Positions 1-6,570 of a DNA stretch of 10,998 bases are shown here, one piece after another (the first letter of the stretch is position 1; the number at the start of each line of letters is the position of its first letter). This stretch comes from a virus (Duplodnaviria; Heunggongvirae; Uroviricota; Caudoviricetes): positions 93,244 through 104,241 of the IMG/VR virus record IMGVR_UViG_3300019867_000001. One strand, given 5' to 3'. The notes under the pieces are model-generated. The model did not search any database. It was given only the letters and a program-made list of their open reading frames with translations, and had not been told where the DNA came from. Both the position numbers and the translations under genes were made by a program.

Positions 1-194
1 GAGTAACCATCATGATTATAATATTGTTTATTTTCAAATTTTACACACCAATATCCTTCAATATTTGGCGAACCTACTATTTGCCCAATCTGTATCCAAT
101 TTCCTGGACTAACTTTCCAATATATTGAACCATTTTTATATTCAATCAATTTAATGAGTTTCAAACCAATTGTTTCCAATCTTACTCTCTCCAT
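1..194 (-). CDS. N-terminal part of a free-standing HNH endonuclease-like ORF overlapping the DNA polymerase 3' end (runs off the window; start 194 or 164)
   Basis: LIEYKNGSIYWKVSPGNWIQIGQIVGSPNIEGYWCVKFENKQYYNH resembles the N-terminal leader of HNH-AP2 endonucleases, including the intron 3 and 4 ORFs. The HNH core is not in the window. Confidence 0.55.
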   Translation of the reverse strand, partial: MERVRLETIGLKLIKLIEYKNGSIYWKVSPGNWIQIGQIVGSPNIEGYWCVKFENKQYYNHDGY

Positions 195-2022
195 TCATGA
201 TACTAATCTTTAAAAGTAAAGGACCATCTTTAAAAGCTTTTTTTGCAATATTTGCTGTTATTTCTGAATATTCTTCAGGAACACCTATTTGTATTTCATC
301 ATGATAAAAGATATATGGTTTATAGGGTATATTTTGTTTTTCTAATTCCTCGACAGTAAGCATTAATGCTATAGCACATGTTGCTTTTTCACAAGCTTGA
401 AGCAAATATACAAGTAATTTATGGAAGCCATCACAATAAATCTTATTACCAGCAATTCCGTAAATATACCCAGGACCAAACTGAGAAGTTTTTGCAAATA
501 CTGCTTCAAGTTTTTCAAGTAAGTCTCTAAATCCTGGTATTGCTTTTAAGAATTCTTTTTTAAATTTCTTTCCAAGTTCATCATCAATTACACTAAATAA
601 GTATGACCAAAGCTTAGGTCCAGACGCACCAAAAAGTGTAGCATATAATATTCTTTTAGATCTGCCTCTAAGATTATCTGGTATTTCGGAAACTTCTAAT
701 TTTTTAAGAATTTTTAAGATTATATCAGCATTACGTTGATGGATATCACCACTAAGTAATTCATTAGTAAATTCTTCTTTATTTAAGTAGTATGCTAGCC
801 CTCGTGCTTGATTTCCTGATGAATCGGCACCTACTATTTTCCATCCAATTTCAGTAATAAATAATTTTCGCATTTCAGAGCCATAAATACTATCTGGTGT
901 AGGTACATTAACTATAACGTTATGTCTTGCGCGCATTGAAGGAGTACCAATAGTGAAACAATCACCATGTAATTTACCATTAGTATCACAATTTTCAATC
1001 CAAGTTTTTAATATTGAAAATCTAGATCTTACAGTTAAAAAATCACAATATAATTTACCATTACCACTTAGCATACCTTCAAGGCTATCTTCTGTAATTT
1101 TTGGTGAGCTTCTTATTTTTTTACCTGTTTCTGGATCAACCTTAAAATTCCATTCAGTTGGTTGCCAACCGTTACGTTCAAGAAAAATCTTAACATCTGT
1201 AACACTATCTATATCTAAATGCTTAAATTCAACTCTACAATATTCACCTTCAATAAGTTGATTTTTATATCCGCCAGTATCTGGATCAATACCAAACCAA
1301 TTGGCGGTATGTATATTATAAGCACCATTTTTATTCCATTTAGGCCATTTAGGTTCTACAACTCCAAGTTTTTTATCTATAGCAACGCATTTGCTTCCAA
1401 GTAATGGAAGTACTTTACTTCTTGTTTCATTCATAATTATTTCTAATTTACTAAATAATTCTTTAGCTTTATTTAGATTAAATGGCCATCCTTCTAATTC
1501 AGCTTGTGCGCAAAATTGTGCTACTGCATGTTCTGCTTTTAAGTAGATTCTTATATTTTCTGTTTTAGCTACTATTGTTTTAAACTCTCTGAGTAAGTAG
1601 TTATAAACTTTTTCTGTTAGAAATAAATCATTCTTGCAATACTCAAGCATTTCTGGGCTATACTGAGTGAAGTCTATAAAGCTACCCTTCGGGAAATCTA
1701 AGAATTCTCCCCAAGAAGCTAAATTATGTGAGTTATCAGAAAAACGCTTGTAGTTTAGTATCTGTGAAAATAACATAGTATCATGTACAGTTACACCTAC
1801 TGGTAACTTATAATTAAAAAGTTTTTTAAGCATGATTAAGTCAAACTGGATTACTCGATGACCAATCACAATTGTAGCTTTATTTAACATATCTTGCCAA
1901 CTTAAATCTCCTTCAAGAAACATATATGTTTGATGTGTCTCTAGATTTAATAAACCTACAATCCAGCAATGAGTTCCTCCTTTTAATAAATCATTAGTTT
2001 CTATATCAAGAATGTATCGCAT
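151..2022 (-). CDS. Family A DNA polymerase with 3'-5' exonuclease, T7 gp5-like, 623 aa
   Basis: Exonuclease motifs DIET, FDL and Y..ND; motif A GADSSG..AR; motif B R-x3-K-x3-Y-x3-FG; motif C YHDEIQ; C-terminal NWFETH; thumb insertion where T7 binds thioredoxin. Confidence 0.95.
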   Translation of the reverse strand: MRYILDIETNDLLKGGTHCWIVGLLNLETHQTYMFLEGDLSWQDMLNKATIVIGHRVIQFDLIMLKKLFNYKLPVGVTVHDTMLFSQILNYKRFSDNSHNLASWGEFLDFPKGSFIDFTQYSPEMLEYCKNDLFLTEKVYNYLLREFKTIVAKTENIRIYLKAEHAVAQFCAQAELEGWPFNLNKAKELFSKLEIIMNETRSKVLPLLGSKCVAIDKKLGVVEPKWPKWNKNGAYNIHTANWFGIDPDTGGYKNQLIEGEYCRVEFKHLDIDSVTDVKIFLERNGWQPTEWNFKVDPETGKKIRSSPKITEDSLEGMLSGNGKLYCDFLTVRSRFSILKTWIENCDTNGKLHGDCFTIGTPSMRARHNVIVNVPTPDSIYGSEMRKLFITEIGWKIVGADSSGNQARGLAYYLNKEEFTNELLSGDIHQRNADIILKILKKLEVSEIPDNLRGRSKRILYATLFGASGPKLWSYLFSVIDDELGKKFKKEFLKAIPGFRDLLEKLEAVFAKTSQFGPGYIYGIAGNKIYCDGFHKLLVYLLQACEKATCAIALMLTVEELEKQNIPYKPYIFYHDEIQIGVPEEYSEITANIAKKAFKDGPLLLKISIMNGESKIGNNWFETH

Positions 2023-2062
2023 AATTAAACTTTCGTTTTAATATATAAGAGCATAACTTTGT

Positions 2063-2479
2063 TCATAATGATCTGAATGCCGCATCTAATGTATTAAATC
2101 TAATAACTCTTTTATCAAGAATCCATGATCCTATAGGGCGCATAGTACGCCCTATTGTTGTAATATCTTCTAATACAGCAAATACTGGCTTATTCATTGC
2201 AAGTGCCATTCCAACTTCAACTAAAGCACCTTTAAGTGGAAGGTCTTCTTCACCATGAACATAAAATACTAATACTGTAGATTTTCGTATCTCTGTTTCA
2301 ATTCGTGCCCATAATTCACCAAAATCTTCAATATCTCCATCACCTGGTTCATTAATCCATGTTGAATTAATTAATATACCGTTTGCTTTATAATGTTGCC
2401 ATAAAGCATAATGTTTAACACGAGAAGCAACATAAATACCACTTGATGCTACTTTAAAGTTTTCTAGGTGGATCCCCAT
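2063..2479 (-). CDS. Nucleoside 2-deoxyribosyltransferase-like / nucleotide N-glycosidase fold protein (likely start ATG 2479)
   Basis: IYVAS first strand, W..I..EI..STVLVFY, and the GALVEVGMALAMNKPV signature with the catalytic-type Glu. RBS GAGGA precedes 2479. Confidence 0.7.
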   Translation of the reverse strand: MGIHLENFKVASSGIYVASRVKHYALWQHYKANGILINSTWINEPGDGDIEDFGELWARIETEIRKSTVLVFYVHGEEDLPLKGALVEVGMALAMNKPVFAVLEDITTIGRTMRPIGSWILDKRVIRFNTLDAAFRSL

Positions 2480-2549
2480 TACTATTTGTCCTCTTTTTAG
2501 CATTTTTCCATATTGCTATCATAATTGGATAACCAATTAAAATACCAAA

Positions 2550-2780
2550 TCATGGTTGTTTATCTCCTTTTCTTTTAAGTAATGCAGGCTTTTCTTCTAT
2601 ACGTGCAATATGTTTAAGTTGTTCTTCAGCAAATTGCACATATTCGAGATCTGCTATTACTTGCTTAGCTTGTTTAATAGTTAAACTTCCCAGTGATAGC
2701 CATTTATTAGCTATAGCTCGATTTAAATCATCTTTTAATTTATTAATTATACTATCACGAAATATTGTCATGATATGCAT
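2550..2780 (-). CDS. Hypothetical protein, about 73-76 aa
   Basis: ORF track; overlaps the upstream gene end in a packed operon. Confidence 0.5.
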   Translation of the reverse strand: MHIMTIFRDSIINKLKDDLNRAIANKWLSLGSLTIKQAKQVIADLEYVQFAEEQLKHIARIEEKPALLKRKGDKQP

Positions 2781-2958
2781 TAGTCATAGTTATATAAACT
2801 TCGCGATATACTGCTCTTGGAGATTCACCTTTAATTGCACAAATAGCATCTAGCATTTCCTCAGTAGGTTCTTTAGGAATTGTAATATAATTATCTTCTT
2901 TTTGTTTTAAATTTTGCATTGCTTTCTTTACATAAATTATTGCAGTATTGACAGGCAT
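2755..2958 (-). CDS. Hypothetical protein (67 aa; IPKEPTEEM motif seen in small phage proteins)
   Basis: ORF track; the frame stays open upstream to about 3066. Confidence 0.55.
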   Translation of the reverse strand: MPVNTAIIYVKKAMQNLKQKEDNYITIPKEPTEEMLDAICAIKGESPRAVYREVYITMTNAYHDNIS

Positions 2959-3049
2959 TTCACCTACTATGTACTGTTCACATAATTTCTCACATTGCTC
3001 AATTGTTTTAATTTTTATATTTTCACAATAAGTTAATTCTTGTTTGGTT

Positions 3050-3190
3050 TTATTTAATTTTTTCTTTTAATTCATTTATATGATTAGCTTGTAATTCAAT
3101 AAGTTTATTTAAATCACCAAAATTAAGAGAATGATATTTTTCACCATTCCACTGTTCTCTATGCTTTTGTAATAACTCAGCTAATTCCAT
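3050..3190 (-). CDS. Small hypothetical ORF (46 aa), possibly the 5' half of a frameshifted gene continuing to 2755
   Basis: RBS AAGGAATAAA-ATG; MELAELLQKHREQWNG... The +1 frame opens at an A6 run and reads into ORF 2755..2958. Confidence 0.6.
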   Translation of the reverse strand: MELAELLQKHREQWNGEKYHSLNFGDLNKLIELQANHINELKEKIK

Positions 3191-3206
3191 TTTATTCCTT
3201 TTATAT

Positions 3207-3236
3207 AATGAGAGTAGATTTTAACCTACTCTCATT
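3207..3236. other. Intergenic 11-bp perfect inverted repeat (AATGAGAGTAG / CTACTCTCATT, 8-nt loop)
   Basis: Lies between the DUF3310 stop and the next RBS. There is no U-tract on the sense (minus) strand. Confidence 0.7.
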
Positions 3237-3238
3237 TC

Positions 3239-3745
3239 TTAATCTTTTATCCGTATTGGTTTACAGTTATTTTTAATGTATTTTATAAGGAAATTTAAAT
3301 ACCACTGAGCTTTCTCGAGCTGCTCAAGCTCTATTCCTTTCTTATTAGCACGATCCAAATATTTCCGTATTTGTAATTCTAATGCTGCAATAAAATTTTC
3401 AGGATTTTGGTATCTTGGAAGATATTGCATCGTTTCTAACCATTCTAAGCCTTGGCAATAATCTTTATAATGTTTAGGATTTATTGGATCATCTTTCATT
3501 ATTATACCTGCTTCTTCAAATGGTTTCCAAGTATTAGCTCGTTCTACTCCTTCAAACCAACCATCAACCTCATTATGATTTCTAAGAGTTTTTATAAATA
3601 TTTTATCAATAAGATCAATTACATTTATATAGTAACCTTCTATAAGTTTTCCGTTTTCATGGGAATCTTTTATAGCTTCATTAAAACTAACAGCTGTTGA
3701 TACAATTTTTGAGTTTTCATCATATACATCATAGGTATACCTCAC
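3239..3745 (-). CDS. DUF3310-domain protein (T7 gp1.7-like nucleotide kinase family) with N-terminal extension
   Basis: DPINPKHY..KYLDR..K..EQLEKAQWYL signature; GTG start with RBS GGAGG. Confidence 0.8.
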   Translation of the reverse strand: MRYTYDVYDENSKIVSTAVSFNEAIKDSHENGKLIEGYYINVIDLIDKIFIKTLRNHNEVDGWFEGVERANTWKPFEEAGIIMKDDPINPKHYKDYCQGLEWLETMQYLPRYQNPENFIAALELQIRKYLDRANKKGIELEQLEKAQWYLNFLIKYIKNNCKPIRIKD

Positions 3746-3754
3746 GTATCCTCC

Positions 3755-4258
3755 TTAGAACACCTTATCGCCATCTCCTTCTAATTCAGGTTCAGGCTCA
3801 ATCCTTTCATATTCAGCGTCATCAAAGTCTTCTCTTCCTTTAGGAGTAAATACTTTATGTCTTATAACTTGTACACCCATCAGCATAGAAGCAATACCTT
3901 TTTTACCCTCATAAACATAATCATACTGAAATACTCTTATATTAGCAATAGATTCATTACCAATGCTATTTGGGTCTAAATCTCCACCTTTACCATCAAT
4001 TACTTGTACTGGAGCTGTAGCTGTTCCATCATCTTTTACTGATTTCTTTTTTAAATTTACACGCCAGTATAATACAGATGTTTCATCTGGAGACATTACT
4101 GGCTTTACATTTAATTTCATTTCATCCCATGCTTTTTTAATTGCTTTATCCTTTGTACGAATTTGCACCTCCCACGTAGGTGCCTTTGGATTAAACTTTT
4201 TAGCAGGCCTTTTGGGATCCAGCTTAGCATACCAAATCTCACAGTTCTTTATGATCAT
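3755..4258 (-). CDS. ssb: Single-stranded DNA-binding protein, T7 gp2.5-like
   Basis: OB-fold-type pattern (YAKL..P; IGNESIANI; GVQVI), acidic C-terminal tail ending in Phe, and location in a replication module. Confidence 0.8.
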   Translation of the reverse strand: MIIKNCEIWYAKLDPKRPAKKFNPKAPTWEVQIRTKDKAIKKAWDEMKLNVKPVMSPDETSVLYWRVNLKKKSVKDDGTATAPVQVIDGKGGDLDPNSIGNESIANIRVFQYDYVYEGKKGIASMLMGVQVIRHKVFTPKGREDFDDAEYERIEPEPELEGDGDKVF

Positions 4259-4296
4259 TATATTACCTTTTAAGAAATTTTAATTTACAATTACAG

Positions 4297-4313
4297 TCCC
4301 AGTAGGGTAAATT
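4297..4313 (-). promoter_or_regulatory. Candidate phage-RNAP promoter AATTTACCCTACTGGGA upstream of ssb
   Basis: Sits in one of the few true intergenic gaps and loosely resembles the T3 promoter AATTAACCCTCACTAAAGGGA. Only one copy is present, so no consensus can be derived. Confidence 0.25.
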
Positions 4314-4332
4314 TACAGGGTTTTTTAAGAAA

Positions 4333-4734
4333 CTATTGAAGCCCCAGACGTTCATTAATATTCTTATAATATGTAATTTCATTGCTATCGTTTTTATTCA
4401 TTTTAAATTTAAATTGAGTACCAACATTTTCTTTTGGAATAAAATATGTTATTCCGAATTCATTATTATACAGTATAATTGCCTCAAATATAGCTTCTAG
4501 TTTTAAATAGCTTATAGCTTCCCATAGACATAAATCTTTATAATTTAAATCTTCAAATTTATCACATTCTTCTTTGTTTTCAACATAAATAAAATAGCCA
4601 TCCCTTTCAGGATTATATGGATCTTCACCAAATGAATAATTAGTTGTAAACATCATAAATATTTTTATTATTAAATTTCTATGTGATAGATTTTTTATTT
4701 TTTCTATATCATTTATAGTTTTAATTTCAATCAT
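4333..4734 (-). CDS. Hypothetical protein (likely start ATG 4734, 133 aa)
   Basis: An ATGA overlap with the upstream stop favours 4734 over the track start 4749. Confidence 0.6.
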   Translation of the reverse strand: MIEIKTINDIEKIKNLSHRNLIIKIFMMFTTNYSFGEDPYNPERDGYFIYVENKEECDKFEDLNYKDLCLWEAISYLKLEAIFEAIILYNNEFGITYFIPKENVGTQFKFKMNKNDSNEITYYKNINERLGLQ

Positions 4735-5051
4735 TTTATATTTCCCCAAAAAGAATATGGGTTATTATCTATTTGTTCCGCAATTACTTTTCTTCCAAAT
4801 ACTTCACCAAGTATAATATGATTAATTAATAGATTATTGGTACTTACTTCATGCATTTGCGAATCATACTCAAAGAAATCTGGAATTGTATAAATTTTAA
4901 GATATACTTCTTTATACATAAAATCTTGGATATCTATGATATCATTTAGATTTTCAGTATTCAAATAATACATATAAATTTTACCAATAAATTTATAATC
5001 ATTAAAAAATTCAACTAAATCTCCATTATACTGTTCAAGTATTGAATACAT
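4731..5051 (-). CDS. Hypothetical protein, 106 aa
   Basis: TAATG overlap with the upstream gene; RBS AAGGA. Confidence 0.65.
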   Translation of the reverse strand: MYSILEQYNGDLVEFFNDYKFIGKIYMYYLNTENLNDIIDIQDFMYKEVYLKIYTIPDFFEYDSQMHEVSTNNLLINHIILGEVFGRKVIAEQIDNNPYSFWGNIK

Positions 5052-5491
5052 TATGGCCTATCCTTATATTCAATTTTTGGCATATAAGGAAATACTATTG
5101 GTACACAACTATCTGAATTTTGAAAGCATGCACCATCTGGATTTCTGAATATAATACCACGGCTATCATAGGCCTGTCCATCAAACCTATCAACTTGTTT
5201 AAATACATGCGAACATCTGATATTTTGATATATAGCAGGATCTATAGTATTATTCCATTCAGAATCTCCACCTGTTAATGGAGTTAATATTTCCCAAGAT
5301 GCTAGTTCCCTAAATAGCTCTATTGCATATGGAGCACTGGAACCTGAATGCCCATGCGTACTAAATATCTTAAGTAATTCAATTATTTGTTTACATAGTA
5401 ACTCTTGCATTTCATCTTCAAATTCATGCTTATCATTCATCCATCCAGCTATTCTAAACTCTCGCCAGGCATGTTCTTCGTATTTACTCAA
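5051..5491 (-). CDS. Conserved phage hypothetical protein (GHSGxSA / LTPLTG / YQN motifs), 146 aa
   Basis: TTG start with RBS GAGGAG. I recognise the motif pattern as a recurring phage family of unknown function (from recall, not searched). Confidence 0.75.
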   Translation of the reverse strand: MSKYEEHAWREFRIAGWMNDKHEFEDEMQELLCKQIIELLKIFSTHGHSGSSAPYAIELFRELASWEILTPLTGGDSEWNNTIDPAIYQNIRCSHVFKQVDRFDGQAYDSRGIIFRNPDGACFQNSDSCVPIVFPYMPKIEYKDRP

Positions 5492-5672
5492 AATTTTAAC
5501 TCCTCTAAATAGATCCCTTGTTTACTCCTACAAATACGTAATATGCATATACCATTTACATATACATGTACATGTAATACATTCCTATTCTGATCATGTA
5601 CTATTTGTGGTTCTGTAATATCAGTAAAAGCATTTATAATTTTTCAGGTGTTAGTCTAAGTAGCCTTATCAT
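5488..5672 (-). pseudogene. Unannotated about 61-aa gene broken by a one-base deficit in an A5 run (5640-5644)
   Basis: RBS AAGGATAATAA-ATG with an ATGA overlap upstream and a TTGA overlap downstream. Adding one A gives MIRLLRLTPEK-IINAFTDITEPQIVHDQNRNVLHVHVYVNGICILRICRSKQGIYLEELKF. Confidence 0.6.
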
Positions 5673-5881
5673 TTATTATCCTTTAAGCTCATACAAATTC
5701 TTTCTGCTTCTTCTAATGTAGTTTTATTTTTAAGCATTTCTATAACACAATTACTATATTCATGGCGTTTATTTGAAACTGAAGTTGCAGCCCAAAATAA
5801 CAATAACATAAAAAATAGTAATACAATCGATAAAACAACACCAGTACCATTATCTTCAAGCCACTGTAAGAAATATCTCAT
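5669..5881 (-). CDS. Hypothetical protein with N-terminal transmembrane helix, 70 aa
   Basis: RBS TAAGGATAATAA-ATG directly after the RNAP stop; hydrophobic GVVLSIVLLFFMLLLFWAA. Confidence 0.75.
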   Translation of the reverse strand: MRYFLQWLEDNGTGVVLSIVLLFFMLLLFWAATSVSNKRHEYSNCVIEMLKNKTTLEEAERICMSLKDNK

Positions 5882-5890
5882 TTATTATCC

Positions 5891-6570
5891 TTATGCAAAA
5901 GCATATTCGCTATCTAATATAAGTGAAATATCTAAATTTCCTATATCTACTTTTTTAATATCGCTATTTATATCTTTCATTAATGTATAAAGTGGTTCTG
6001 CTTTATATAAATCTACAAATGTTTCTCGTACAATAACATATAACTCAGACATATCTCCAAGTAAGCATCCAAATGAATCATGAACTGTTGTTACATGAAA
6101 ATTAGCTTTATTTACAATTAGCATCATGTGCGCTGCATCTAAGCTATGTATTGCATTCGGACTTGCACCTTGTGATTGTTTACGTTTTGAAGGTCGTATA
6201 TTTTCTATATAGCAAATATTCATTTGTAATGTATTATTAAGATAACCAGACATACTCCTCTCACCATCTGGTGGACCATATCGAACATATGTTTTCTTAG
6301 TTATGCCCTCTACATAATGCTGAACTACAGGGAATCTAGTAATAGACACAGTCCATGAAAGAAAGGTTCCAATCGATTCCGCTACTTTACCTGCTTCTTC
6401 AAATACTGATAGTAATAACATAGGTCTTTTGAGTGAAACTTTGCAATTGTTGAATACGGTATGTCCAAGATATGAAGCCCATTTATGTTCTAGATTATAA
6501 AGTAGCTCTATGCTATGTTTACGTGCGTCATCAATTATTTGCTGCGTCAAGCCGTAGGCTGTACCTCCAT
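5891..6570 (-). CDS. RNAP exon 5 (GGTAYG through specificity loop, motif C HDSF and C-terminal YAFA)
   Basis: Track ORF 5891..6550 extended 20 nt upstream to the omega-G of intron 4. Confidence 0.93.

Noticed and set aside
953-1404. Plus-strand ORFs 953..1261 and 1219..1404
   Set aside because: Antisense shadows of the DNA polymerase with no RBS or recognisable motifs.
2454-2552. Hydrophobic in-frame continuation (FGILIGYPIMIAIWKNAKK...) after the TGA of ORF 2550..2780, hinting at readthrough or recoding
   Set aside because: TGA and TAG act as ordinary stops elsewhere in the window and no long gene needs recoding. It may be a remnant of a small gene but cannot be supported.
2023-3206. Shared TTATATA upstream of the DNA polymerase and of ORF 3190 as a promoter motif
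   Set aside because: Too short and too AT-rich to be significant at this base composition.
3452-4283. Plus-strand ORFs 3452..3700 and 3963..4283
   Set aside because: Antisense to the DUF3310 and ssb genes; composition is typical of shadow frames.
5557-5576. Short tandem TACAT(A/G)TACATGTACATGTA
   Set aside because: Explained by His-Val/Tyr-Val codons of the hidden 61-aa gene; too short for an array.
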